Notes: generated by a model not told the origin, from the sequence alone. Positions 27,746 to 37,636 are shown, counted from the stretch's first letter. The stretch: 57,097 nucleotides of DNA from Candidatus Thorarchaeota archaeon (GCA_038893995.1 JAWAQK010000008.1:1-57097), one strand, 5' to 3'. Made by a program: numbers and translations.

Positions 27746-28996
27746 CTAAGTCCGTCGTATCACTTCACTGACAGGGGGAAGCTGACTCACTCTCTGGGGC
27801 TGAACCAGGAACTTGACACCATCCTCGAAGTCGAGTTTCTCAGTGTAGTAGACCTCGCTCTCAACCAGGGCCTCCCTCTCGAGATAGATACGTGCCCCAT
27901 AGATGCTCCTGACTCGGGCTCTCTCCTCGACCCTCACTTCCTCGCCGTATATGATACCCGCCCTTGCTCTTTCCTTGATAAGGATCCTCCGTCCCTCAAG
28001 TGGGGCATTCACCTCTCCTCGAGATCCAATCCTGAACTCATCCGTGACCCTGACATGGCTGGCCTCCACAGTTCCTCCCACCGCAATTCTGAACGACTCG
28101 ATCTTGCCCCTGACACTCAGGACTCCTCCCACTCGTACGGTATCAGCACATCTGAGGTCACCGCCCACCCTGACCTTTCCTCCCACATCCAGGTTACCAT
28201 TCAGGTTCAGAGAACCATCTACACTCAGGACACCACCGATGTCGATGAGAACCCCCTCGGCCGACCCCTCTAGCCTGACTGCGCCTCCGACATCAATCTC
28301 TCCAAAACTCACATTCCCGGAGGCCCTGAATGAGCCCCCCACGTCTACATGGCCCACGTACGAACCATTGCCGACAGTGGCGGAACCACCGACTGACAGC
28401 TCCTTGATGCGGACAGGACCATCTGCCTTGAAACTCCCGCCGACGGACACCTTGTCTATAGTTCCGGAGCTGGTCTTGACACTGCCTCCAGCAGATATCT
28501 CTTCGCACTTCAGAGGCCCCCCTATCACCAGCGATCCTCCTGACTCCAACCTCTCCGCCTCGACCTCTCCCAGCAGCTTTGCGGAGCCACCGACGGCAAT
28601 TCTCTGAACGGTCGACTTACCCTGTACGTCGATTGAACCTCCTGCCATGGCAACACGACATGTGATGTTGCCTCCGACCCGCAACGACCTGTCAACTCTG
28701 ACACTAGCTGCTGAAACGGACCCAGCCACATCTAGGCTTCCTCTCTCGATATCGACATCGCCCTCGGTCTCGAGGTCCCCATCCAAGGATATCGTATCAC
28801 GGCCTCTTGCCCTCAGTTCTCGGGCCTTCAGAGAGGAACCGATCCTCGTGTCTCCCTCAATCTTCAAGGTCCCCCCTATTGTGATAGTCCCACCGTTCTC
28901 AGATACTATCAGGAGGCAGTTTCTGATCTCCACATTACACTCTATTGCGCCCAGTTGGACGCGTTCCTCGTTCTTGAATACGACTTTGTCTGACAT
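27746..28996 (-). CDS. Bactofilin-like/polymer-forming beta-solenoid protein
   Basis: About 20 tandem ~17-aa repeats of type (V/I)xVGGS(V/F)xxxG. Confidence 0.75.
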   Translation of the reverse strand: MSDKVVFKNEERVQLGAIECNVEIRNCLLIVSENGGTITIGGTLKIEGDTRIGSSLKARELRARGRDTISLDGDLETEGDVDIERGSLDVAGSVSAASVRVDRSLRVGGNITCRVAMAGGSIDVQGKSTVQRIAVGGSAKLLGEVEAERLESGGSLVIGGPLKCEEISAGGSVKTSSGTIDKVSVGGSFKADGPVRIKELSVGGSATVGNGSYVGHVDVGGSFRASGNVSFGEIDVGGAVRLEGSAEGVLIDIGGVLSVDGSLNLNGNLDVGGKVRVGGDLRCADTVRVGGVLSVRGKIESFRIAVGGTVEASHVRVTDEFRIGSRGEVNAPLEGRRILIKERARAGIIYGEEVRVEERARVRSIYGARIYLEREALVESEVYYTEKLDFEDGVKFLVQPQRVSQLPPVSEVIRRT

Positions 28997-29076
28997 CTTG
29001 AGGACCTCACATGTGTCTTTCCTTGGCTCTTTCGTATAAAAGGTGAAAGCACCTCACGGGGTCACGTGATGTTACT

Positions 29077-29385
29077 CTACATCCCAATGATTGGCTCGGG
29101 CATGGGCATGCCCACCAACGATGCTATTCTCCTGTACAGCTCGAGGTACTGATGTCCTCTGACGGTCACCTTGTACACCTTTCGACCCTCGTCGTCGTCC
29201 TCCTCGAGTAGTCCCCTCTCGACAAGGTGTCCGATGCTCTCCTTGGCCCTGTCAACAGGCAGGTTTGTGGATCTTGCCGCTCGAGTCAGCGGACAGTGTC
29301 CATAGATGGAGATCACCCTGATGATCTCAGCATAGATGTCGTAGCGTGATCTCTTCTGGAGTTCTTCCCTACTCTGTCTGGACAT
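29077..29385 (-). CDS. Winged-helix DNA-binding protein (archaeal HTH_45-like)
   Basis: KRSRYDIYAEII, TRAARSTNL, LVERGLL, YKVTVRG; start at MSRQ. Confidence 0.8.
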   Translation of the reverse strand: MSRQSREELQKRSRYDIYAEIIRVISIYGHCPLTRAARSTNLPVDRAKESIGHLVERGLLEEDDDEGRKVYKVTVRGHQYLELYRRIASLVGMPMPEPIIGM

Positions 29386-29507
29386 CGGTACGTCGCTGAG
29401 CACTCTGGGCACTGCCATAATAGGTTTGGGGTCTCCAAATGCTGATGGTAATGTGCAGGCAAGACTTATGACCGAATGTTCCAAGCCGTCATGGGCTGCG
29501 TGGTACA

Positions 29508-30266
29508 TTGATCAGGACAGTCTATGTCCTCGGTAGCAACGGGGACACACTCTATAGGAGGACCTACACAGGAGACCCGGAGTCGTCTGGTTCATGTGTG
29601 CCAGCTTTCGCCAGAGCCTGTGCCATTCTCATGCGCTCTCTGGAAACGCCGGTCGCTGGGAGGACCTACGTGATGGAACAGGAGTCTTCAACGTGGGTCT
29701 TCTTCTTCCAGGAGTCCTTTGTCATCGTGACAGAGGGAAACGGAGAACACGTGTCTGCCCTGAAGAGGAGAACTGTGTCAATTGGACGTGCGCTGATACC
29801 TCTAGTGGGCAGACTGGCGCAGTCGTGGGATGGCGACATGTCTCATCTGGAGGCGGTCGGGGAAACTATCGATCAATATGCACTGTCGGACATGGAAACC
29901 CCCGACGACTCCAAGATCACCGCCATCGAGGCTGCGATCGATAGGATGCTAGAGAGACATCCCGTAGCATACATGGGCGTCCTGGACTCGGCGGGTAGGA
30001 TGCTTGTCGGCAATATCCCTGACGACCATCTCAAGAGGATAAGGGATCATATCGAGTCCAATCCTCTCTCCACATCCACCACTATGGTCCCCACTACAAT
30101 CGAGGTCTATGCGTATCCTGTTGAGTTGTTGAAGTTCGGGCCACTGACTCTTGTGGCCGCATCTTACCGGGGGCAGAGTAGGATTGGCTCAGTCAGAGCA
30201 GTCAGCGACCTTGCCGATATGTTGGGCAGCATCCTTGAACGTGCTGGCGGATCCCCAGGACAGTAG
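29508..30266 (+). CDS. Longin-like + roadblock-like two-domain protein
   Basis: N-terminus IRTVYVLGSNGDTLYRRTY resembles longin beta1-beta2; C-terminal helix-VAYMGVLDSAGRML...helix resembles roadblock/LC7. Confidence 0.6.
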   Translation: MIRTVYVLGSNGDTLYRRTYTGDPESSGSCVPAFARACAILMRSLETPVAGRTYVMEQESSTWVFFFQESFVIVTEGNGEHVSALKRRTVSIGRALIPLVGRLAQSWDGDMSHLEAVGETIDQYALSDMETPDDSKITAIEAAIDRMLERHPVAYMGVLDSAGRMLVGNIPDDHLKRIRDHIESNPLSTSTTMVPTTIEVYAYPVELLKFGPLTLVAASYRGQSRIGSVRAVSDLADMLGSILERAGGSPGQ

Positions 30267-30270
30267 GAAC

Positions 30271-30837
30271 TCATGTTGACCCTGACAGTCCGACCGTTCC
30301 TGTGCTATTCATGGAGCCTCGTTCTGTGACTCGTCCCTCTGTGCAGCGCGCTCTACGAGTATACCATCCGAGGGAGCCGATGGCCACAACGACGAGGCCC
30401 GGAATCGGGAGGGGAGTCACGACAGTGACCTCATAGAGTGACATCGCTGAGAGACCAAACACGGACAGGGTCACGGCAACCTCTATGACCACCGCGGCAA
30501 GACCCACAACTACCGTCCAGCGTTCATCAGTCCGCCTGGTACGGCTGAACCAGGCCACAGCAACTAGCGACGCCCTTGAGGCTGCCACGAGGCTGATGAC
30601 GGTAAGAATAGATGAGAGTGCAAACGGTCCGAATCCTGTGTGATCGTATATTCCAAAAGTTCCACGTCCCACGCTGTACGCGTTGAACAGCAGATATACA
30701 CTGGTGTCGTGAAGACCATAATTCAGATGCCGCCACTCAACAATCGCGATCGGACAGAGTGTCACCAGCGACAGCAACAGTAGTTCCACGAAAGGCTGCG
30801 GGAATCTCATGGCTGCGTACACTGATGTCAGAGTCAC
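30271..30837 (-). CDS. Hypothetical membrane protein (about 4 TM segments)
   Basis: Multiple hydrophobic segments; fills the gap between convergent and divergent neighbours. Confidence 0.6.
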   Translation of the reverse strand: MTLTSVYAAMRFPQPFVELLLLSLVTLCPIAIVEWRHLNYGLHDTSVYLLFNAYSVGRGTFGIYDHTGFGPFALSSILTVISLVAASRASLVAVAWFSRTRRTDERWTVVVGLAAVVIEVAVTLSVFGLSAMSLYEVTVVTPLPIPGLVVVAIGSLGWYTRRARCTEGRVTERGSMNSTGTVGLSGST

Positions 30838-30972
30838 AGTAATATGTTCCTACCGTGCAGCCCTCTGTCTTCCGTCCTGGCGGCCGGTTCCCACTTTCCA
30901 TACCTGTGGACAGAAACACAGAAGTACGAGATGTCCGGTCCCGCATTCCCAGAATCAGTGGAGACAAGAGCC

Positions 30973-31620
30973 ATGCTGATAGTGGGAATCTCTGGTTCGC
31001 CAAAGACATCGGGATCTAACACAGCCATCCTTCTTCAGAAGGCGCTCGATGCGGCTGCAGAATACGTCTCGTCGACACGTGGCATCAGTATTGACACCAA
31101 GGTCATCGATCTGAGCAGGTACAATATCAGACGATGTACGGGTTGCGACAGATGTGTCAGGCGGCAGCCCTGCCCGGAGAGCGAGAGCGACGACATTCCG
31201 GTCATCGAGAAGATACTGCGTGAAGCAGATGGCATAATCATCGCGGCCCCGTCGTACTTCACAGGCGTCCCGGGAGTCCTGAAGGACCTCATTGACAGGA
31301 CCCGCCCCATGAAGATGATGGACCACCAACTGAAGGACAAGGTCTTCGGAGCGATAACCTATGCGGGCCTGAGATATGGCGGACAGGAGACCGTTGTGGA
31401 CTTTCTTAACCGGTATGCGCTTGCACAGGGGATGATAGTCGTTGGAGCCCTGGGCAGTCCCGTGAAGAACGGGACCTTCGGTTCGGGCAGTATGCAGACA
31501 GACGATGGCAAATGGAGAAAGGCAGACGCAGACCCACAGGCCATCGAGAGCAGCGTCCTGCTGGGAAAGAGGGTTGCCGAGGTCATCCTGAAGCTACATG
31601 GAGCTGGTGCAGGCAGTTGA
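30973..31620 (+). CDS. Iron-sulfur flavoprotein (flavodoxin-fold, NADPH-dependent FMN reductase family)
   Basis: GISGSP...NT, CTGCDRC.....C, ADGIIIAAPSYF, LKDLIDR, GGQE. Confidence 0.88.
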   Translation: MLIVGISGSPKTSGSNTAILLQKALDAAAEYVSSTRGISIDTKVIDLSRYNIRRCTGCDRCVRRQPCPESESDDIPVIEKILREADGIIIAAPSYFTGVPGVLKDLIDRTRPMKMMDHQLKDKVFGAITYAGLRYGGQETVVDFLNRYALAQGMIVVGALGSPVKNGTFGSGSMQTDDGKWRKADADPQAIESSVLLGKRVAEVILKLHGAGAGS

Positions 31621-32180
31621 ACAAACCGAAGATTCAGGGTCTGGTCCAGGTCTACACGGGAAATGGAAAGGGTAAGACAACATGTGCGCTCGGTGCCGGT
31701 CTGCGCGCAGCAGGACACGGTCTGAGAGTAGTGATGATTTGCTTCATGAAGGCAAAAGTGGCACACAGGGGCGACTCCAGCGAGGTCAACTATGGTGAGT
31801 ATCGGAGTGTCGAGAGGGTCCCCAGGTTCACCATCATACCAATGGGAAGGGAGTGCTTCGTCGACAAGAAGAACCCCGATCCTGTTGACATTCAGATGGC
31901 TCAGCAGGCTCTCACGTTGGCACGTGACATCCTCAGGCAACACAGCTGCGACGTGCTGATCCTCGACGAGATCAATGTGGCTACCGAATGGAATCTGATC
32001 TCACTTGACCAGCAACTTGAGCTCATCAAGATCAAGCCTGACGACGTGGAGTTGATCATGACTGGCCGTTACGCTCGTCAGGAGGTGATAGATGCGGCGG
32101 ATCTTGTCACGGAGTTCCACGAGGTGAAGCACTACTACAATCTGCGGAAGATCCCTGCCCGCAGGGGTTTTGAATACTAG
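31617..32180 (+). CDS. cobO: Cob(I)alamin adenosyltransferase (CobA/CobO/BtuR type)
   Basis: VQVYTGNGKGKTT, ILDEIN, TGR, ADLVTE, KHY, G.EY; TTG start overlaps the upstream stop. Confidence 0.92.
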   Translation: MNKPKIQGLVQVYTGNGKGKTTCALGAGLRAAGHGLRVVMICFMKAKVAHRGDSSEVNYGEYRSVERVPRFTIIPMGRECFVDKKNPDPVDIQMAQQALTLARDILRQHSCDVLILDEINVATEWNLISLDQQLELIKIKPDDVELIMTGRYARQEVIDAADLVTEFHEVKHYYNLRKIPARRGFEY

Positions 32181-32255
32181 CCGTCGGTCAATCGAACACT
32201 TAATATTCATCAAACGACCTGATTCTCGGGCTCTGACCCCCAGGGTGATACTCGG

Positions 32256-33977
32256 ATGGGCAAAGCATGCGCTGACGGACCTAACGAACCGCCTCTGAAC
32301 TCGAACTCGGAACTGGACAAGATACGCACTGCCAAGGACGAATGGGAGTCCTCAGTGTTGGCCAATCATCTGCAGAAGGACCCAGAGACCCGTAAGGTCT
32401 TCACGACAGTATCAGGGCGTCCGATAAGGAGGCTGTATACCCCTCTTGACGTGGCTGGCCTGGACTACCTGAGAGACCTGGGCTTTCCGAGTCAGTACCC
32501 ATTCACACGCGGTGTCCAGCCGACAATGTATAGAGGCAGAATATGGACAATGCGCCAGTTTGCCGGACTGGGTACTGCAGAGGAGTCCAACGCCAGATAC
32601 AAGTTCCTGCTGGCAAATGGCCAGACTGGTCTCAGCGTCGCATTCCACCTCCCTACGATATTCGGACGCGACTCAGACAGTCCGTACTCCCTTGGAGAGG
32701 TCGGAAAGCTGGGAGTGGCTGTTGACACCCTCAAGGACATGGAGATACTATTCTCAGGTATTCCGTTGGACAAGGTCACCACCTCGATGACCATCAACGC
32801 TCCAGCGGCCATACTGTTGGCCATGTACATGGTCGCCGCGGCCAAGCAGGGGGTCTCGGCAGACAAGATAGGCGGGACGATCCAGAACGATCTGCTCAAG
32901 GAGTTCCAGGCGCAGAAATCATGGATATACGGTCCGGAGCCTTCCCTGAGAATAATAACTGACATAATCGAGTACGCCACCGAACACATCCCCCGTTGGA
33001 ACACGATCTCGATATCAGGTTACCACATCCGCGAGGCCGGTGCCACTGCAGTTCAGGAGCTGGCTTTCACCCTCCTCAACGGGATGACCTACGTTCAGTG
33101 GGGCATCGACCGAGGACTGGACGTTGATGCATTTGCACCACGTCTATCCTTCTTCTTCAATGCGCATAACGACATATTCGAGGAGGTGGCCAAGTACCGC
33201 GCTGCTCGTAGGATCTGGGCCCGTGAGATGAAGGAACGATTCCATGCAAAGAAGGAAAGATCTCTGTGGATGCGATTCCACACTCAGACCGCGGGCTGTT
33301 CGCTGACTGCACAGCAGCCGATGGTCAACATAGTCCGGACCGCATATCAGGCTCTTGCTGCAGTGCTCGGTGGGACCCAGTCACTACACACAAACAGCAT
33401 GGACGAGGCCCTATGTCTGCCCACTGAGGAGGCAGTACGTATTGCACTCAGGACGCAGCAGGTCCTTGCGCACGAGAGCGGCGTCATAAACACGATCGAT
33501 CCTCTGGGTGGCTCATACTATGTCGAGGCCCTGACAAATGAGATGGAGGAGGAGGCCTATCGCTACTTTGACAGGGTCGAAGAACTTGGAGGCGTCATTG
33601 CGGCCATTGAGAAAGGCTTCTTCCAGAGAGAGATTGCCGAGTCTGCCTATCGCTATCAGCGTGAGATTGAGAAGAAGGAGAAGATAATAGTGGGGGTCAA
33701 TGAGTACGTGCTTGAGGGCGAGGAGATAACAATCCCCGTCCTGAAGATTGACCCTGAAGTCGAGAAGAGGCAGATCGAGCGTCTCAATAGGGTCCGTCGG
33801 GAGCGCGACAACGCGAAGGTCCGGGAGGCGCTAGATGGGCTGAGACGGGCATCAGAGGGCACGGAGAATGTATTTCCGTGGGTCGTCAAGGCAGTGAAGG
33901 CATATGCTAGTGTTGGCGAGATATGTGATGTATGGCGAGAGGTGTTTGGCGAGTGGCATGAGCCCAAGATCTTCTGA
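32256..33977 (+). CDS. AdoCbl-dependent acyl-CoA mutase large subunit (MCM family; isobutyryl-CoA mutase-like residues)
   Basis: [49 protein letters not shown]; no B12-binding domain fused. Confidence 0.92.
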   Translation: MGKACADGPNEPPLNSNSELDKIRTAKDEWESSVLANHLQKDPETRKVFTTVSGRPIRRLYTPLDVAGLDYLRDLGFPSQYPFTRGVQPTMYRGRIWTMRQFAGLGTAEESNARYKFLLANGQTGLSVAFHLPTIFGRDSDSPYSLGEVGKLGVAVDTLKDMEILFSGIPLDKVTTSMTINAPAAILLAMYMVAAAKQGVSADKIGGTIQNDLLKEFQAQKSWIYGPEPSLRIITDIIEYATEHIPRWNTISISGYHIREAGATAVQELAFTLLNGMTYVQWGIDRGLDVDAFAPRLSFFFNAHNDIFEEVAKYRAARRIWAREMKERFHAKKERSLWMRFHTQTAGCSLTAQQPMVNIVRTAYQALAAVLGGTQSLHTNSMDEALCLPTEEAVRIALRTQQVLAHESGVINTIDPLGGSYYVEALTNEMEEEAYRYFDRVEELGGVIAAIEKGFFQREIAESAYRYQREIEKKEKIIVGVNEYVLEGEEITIPVLKIDPEVEKRQIERLNRVRRERDNAKVREALDGLRRASEGTENVFPWVVKAVKAYASVGEICDVWREVFGEWHEPKIF

Positions 33978-34093
33978 CAACTACCCTCTCTACCGGTAAT
34001 TCACAACTGCTTCAGGTGGCAAGATGCCTCGCCATTGATGTGAAGAGATAAGGCCGACCTCATGTGACGATCCTGTGCATCACGCGAAGCTCT

Positions 34094-34702
34094 TCAGCCA
34101 CCATCTTTCTCGATCTTTCTCAGCGTATCGATTATGATCCGTTTGCATAGATCGACATCTGTCACTGAGAAACCGATGGCGTCGTCTACCCCGAGCCAAC
34201 GCGCCACTTCTTCCGGTGGCGCTGCGTTGTTGGCGTCCTGCTTGCTGGCAACCACCTGTATGTGCGTGCCGTTGTGGGCAGCTCGGGTCTCATCCATGAT
34301 CTTCTTCGCGTCAGACACCATTGAGGGGTCTGAGGAGTCAACAACGAACAGTACGACATCTGTCCCGTTTCGCATGGCATCTCTGACAGAACGGAACTGC
34401 AGGGATCCAGGCACCCCTCGGAGTTCCACCTCTCTAACCTTCCAGCCCTCAAACTCGTCCTTTCTTGTCTGATATTCGCTCCGCGGGACTAGGAGTTCTT
34501 GGCGACCATCACTGAGCCAGACGACCCTCCCAAGGTCAAAGCAGGTGGTCGTCGTGCCTCCGCCATTGCCGTTACCCCGTCTGATTGGACGTTCTATTGA
34601 GATGGCGTTCGGATCGAGAGCATGAATCAGATGAGTCTTGCCAGCCTGGTAGGGACCAGTCACAAAGGCCTTGTACCTTTCGTAACCCATCATCTCGACC
34701 AT
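34094..34702 (-). CDS. Small GTPase, MglA/CvnD-like, with atypical G3/G4
   Basis: GPYQAGKT, TTTCFDLG, RGVPGS..F, VVDSS, ASKQD. Confidence 0.75.
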   Translation of the reverse strand: MVEMMGYERYKAFVTGPYQAGKTHLIHALDPNAISIERPIRRGNGNGGGTTTTCFDLGRVVWLSDGRQELLVPRSEYQTRKDEFEGWKVREVELRGVPGSLQFRSVRDAMRNGTDVVLFVVDSSDPSMVSDAKKIMDETRAAHNGTHIQVVASKQDANNAAPPEEVARWLGVDDAIGFSVTDVDLCKRIIIDTLRKIEKDGG

Positions 34703-34718
34703 GTCTCCAGTGTGTAAA

Positions 34719-34985
34719 GGTCCGGCGATGAGCCGCTAAGATTCGTGGTCGATTCGTGGGACTCTGACCCACCGGGAGGAGTACGGTGCAATCGAATAGA
34801 TGAATCTTGCCCATGCCCTGCAGCCAGTCCTGAAGGCACGCCAGACCAGTCCACGGATGACGTCTTCCGTGTCTGAGCGTAGGTCTGGCCCCTCCCGACC
34901 GTTGTGAAACGGCACCGGCCCGCCTCGGGCCCCGAATCTCGACGAGGAATGGCCGGAAAATAACATCGGGGCCAGCCGAAGGACC
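34719..34985. ncRNA. Candidate structured non-coding RNA / cis-regulatory leader
   Basis: At least seven nested complementary stems in a 340-bp intergenic region (see findings); no match by eye to SRP or RNase P cores. Confidence 0.4.
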
Positions 34986-35045
34986 CTCCATTCAGCGGTT
35001 CACACTCTAGAAAATGATTAAAGTGACCGAAGCAACTCAGCACAC

Positions 35046-35651
35046 ATGTCACCCGATCCCGAGGCCGCCAAACAGTTTCTGAGCCAGGCACGCATGCTCA
35101 GGCAACAAGGGCAGACAAGAAAGGCGATTCAGGTATATCAGAAAGTCTGCGAGGCAGACCCAAGTATGGTCGAGGCCCTCAATGAGATGGGGCTTGCGTA
35201 TTCGCATATCGGAGAACAAGAAGAGGCCATCAAGGTGTTTGACAGGGCCATAGGCCTGAGGCCAAATGACCCGTACGCTTACTCCAACAAGGCAGAGGCG
35301 TATCTGGCCATCGGCGACTTCAGTCAGGCACTGTCGTCTGCTGACGCAGGGCTAAAGGTGGCGCCCCAGAATGGGCGGCTCTGGGTGATGAGGGCACGAG
35401 CATTGGAGAGCATGGGAAGAGTGGACGAGGCAGTAGAGGCGTACAGAGAGGCCCTGAAGTACGAATCTGAGGACCCAGAGATCTGGAAGGCACTGGCCCT
35501 CTGTCTTGATGCGCTAGAGAGGTGGGAGGAGGTGGCCAGGGCGTACACGATCGCAGCATCCCTTCACAGAAAGAGGGGGCAAAATCAAGAGGCAGAGAGC
35601 TGTATGAAGTTTGCCAAGAGGGCCCTTGACTCATCCAGTGCAATGGCATAG
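35046..35651 (+). CDS. Tetratricopeptide repeat protein
   Basis: About five 34-aa TPR repeats (A...G....G..EEA...A....P). Confidence 0.9.
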   Translation: MSPDPEAAKQFLSQARMLRQQGQTRKAIQVYQKVCEADPSMVEALNEMGLAYSHIGEQEEAIKVFDRAIGLRPNDPYAYSNKAEAYLAIGDFSQALSSADAGLKVAPQNGRLWVMRARALESMGRVDEAVEAYREALKYESEDPEIWKALALCLDALERWEEVARAYTIAASLHRKRGQNQEAESCMKFAKRALDSSSAMA

Positions 35652-35714
35652 ATGGTCGTACACTCAAGAATCGTGGGCAATCCCCCTGTGGAGAGGGGGA
35701 CCGCCCTTTATTCA

Positions 35715-37556
35715 CTACGTCTTCTTACTGCCTGACCTGCTCTTTCTGGTCTTCCCTGTTCCCGAAGAGGTGCCCTCAGCCGGTCCAGTTGATGACTTAC
35801 GACGAGTAGACTTGGTGGAAGTACTACGACGTGACTCTGTCGGAGGTGAGCCCCCGCTTGGTCCAGCCGATGACATGCTCTCACTGGGTCTAGTAGGAGA
35901 CATGACCTCACCCAGTCTTGTCGAGGATGTCACCCTGGTAGACGAGAGTTTTCTCTTGTAGACTCGTGGCCCACCAATGAGCCCGACCACAATCGCTACC
36001 ACCAACGCAATGATCCATCCATACCCCATCAGAGGATCAACTGGGACTGTGGGACGACCGAGCTCATTTCGTACTGGAATCACCATGGGATGGCTGGTGT
36101 GCGTGACACCTGCAGCGACAATGTGCGCAACGACAGTGATGTTCGTCTTGTCGGGTTGTGCAGGAAGTGTGAACACGTAGTTCTCCGGGTCACCTTCTGC
36201 CGAGTTCACAACGTTGGCAGTGATATCGGTCCCATTAACCCATGCACCGTCATTTATCCGGTAGTCGATGGTCACCTGGGTGATGGACGGATACAGCATG
36301 TGACCGTACACTGTGATCTGGATGGGGTCACTACTTGTAGGAATGTTCGGACTCCAGTAGAGATTGACACTGTCCTGTACGTCGCAGTCGCCTATACCCC
36401 AGTCGTAGTCATAGACTTCCTGGTACCATCCAGCAACGCCCTGATGCTCGATGATGACCCCCGCCTCGCGATTACTCGAGATGCTGCCGTCGCTGAAGTT
36501 GATGCTGCAGATGAGGACAATCTGACCATCTGCTATTATCCCCTTGTTGTGGTTTGCCGTAAACCAACGAGTGTCTTGCCAGACTATGGGGATCTTGTGA
36601 GAATGCAGTATCTCTGCAATTAGCTCGAAGTCCTTCTCTTCCTCTGTGATCACCCGGACTGTCACGCCGCGGTTCTTGGCGGCTATGATGGCGTCGACAA
36701 CTTGCTTGACGGCCCCAGTACCACCAACATTAGTGAAGTATGGGATCTGGATATCAAGTGTTGCCTGTGCGGAGTTGATGACGTAGAGTATGCCATCAAG
36801 ACTTGTCACAGGGCTGAAGACTGGAATGACCTTCATGGTGCCATTGAAATGTCCGGATGTGGAGAATGGCCTGGGATAGGTGCTGCCGTCCTGAGTGTAG
36901 CTGAGTGGGCTGCCTATGCCGTGGGTGATGTTGTCGTAAGGCGTTCCCCGGGACCAGTCGTAGTCAAATACCGCCCTGTAGACCGCAGTCACCTGAGTAT
37001 CAGTCATTGCGATGCTCCACTCTCGGTTCGCCTTCTTTCCGACCTCTGGGAAGCTGGTCTTCGCCCAGTTGCCCGAGTGAACCACAGTCGTCTTGTTGTC
37101 TATGATTATGAACTTCTGATGTGCATATGTGAAGTCAGCAGAGTTTGTCCATCGGACTGGAATGCCAAGGAGCGTGAGATTGTTCGCAACATACTTGTTA
37201 GGATCGACATACCCGATGCTGTTCCACCCGATCAGGAACTTCATCTTCAGGGAGGGCCTCTCCGCTCGCAACTGGTGGATGAGGTCGAGTATGTAGGGAT
37301 TGTTGATTCCAAATATCTCGACAAAGATGCTCTCCTTTGCAGACCGTAGAAGATTCCATAGCGCATCCTTACTTCCGTCAGGTGACACAAATGTGGTCAC
37401 ATTCATGGCACGGGTCAGTTCCTGCCATGATACCTGTGAGGTGTTGAATGTCTGATTCGGAACGGTCGCGGACGGACCCATGTCAACAAGCATTAGGGAG
37501 GGGCTGATCAACAGAATAGCCAGGAGTATAACTGGCAAGAATCCGATATGTTTCAT
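35715..37556 (-). CDS. Phospholipase D-superfamily protein (two HKD motifs), signal peptide, C-terminal TM anchor and Ser/Thr/Lys-rich tail
   Basis: HQKFIIID...SGNW and HNKGIIAD...SINF, NRE motifs; hydrophobic N-terminus from MKHIG; WIIALVVAIVVGLIG anchor. Confidence 0.88.
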   Translation of the reverse strand: MKHIGFLPVILLAILLISPSLMLVDMGPSATVPNQTFNTSQVSWQELTRAMNVTTFVSPDGSKDALWNLLRSAKESIFVEIFGINNPYILDLIHQLRAERPSLKMKFLIGWNSIGYVDPNKYVANNLTLLGIPVRWTNSADFTYAHQKFIIIDNKTTVVHSGNWAKTSFPEVGKKANREWSIAMTDTQVTAVYRAVFDYDWSRGTPYDNITHGIGSPLSYTQDGSTYPRPFSTSGHFNGTMKVIPVFSPVTSLDGILYVINSAQATLDIQIPYFTNVGGTGAVKQVVDAIIAAKNRGVTVRVITEEEKDFELIAEILHSHKIPIVWQDTRWFTANHNKGIIADGQIVLICSINFSDGSISSNREAGVIIEHQGVAGWYQEVYDYDWGIGDCDVQDSVNLYWSPNIPTSSDPIQITVYGHMLYPSITQVTIDYRINDGAWVNGTDITANVVNSAEGDPENYVFTLPAQPDKTNITVVAHIVAAGVTHTSHPMVIPVRNELGRPTVPVDPLMGYGWIIALVVAIVVGLIGGPRVYKRKLSSTRVTSSTRLGEVMSPTRPSESMSSAGPSGGSPPTESRRSTSTKSTRRKSSTGPAEGTSSGTGKTRKSRSGSKKT

Positions 37557-37636
37557 GATTTCAGAAACCTCTGCAGATCTCAACTGAATGCCATCGGCTA
37601 CAGATTCACTTATACCTATCGTGCTCTTATCTATAG

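Noticed and set aside
34719-34985. SRP RNA, RNase P RNA or cobalamin riboswitch identity for the structured element
   Set aside because: No SRP helix-8 GGAA/AGCA motif, no GAGGAAAGUCC or terminal RNase P consensus, and no B12 box seen on either strand; it also lies downstream of, not before, the B12 genes
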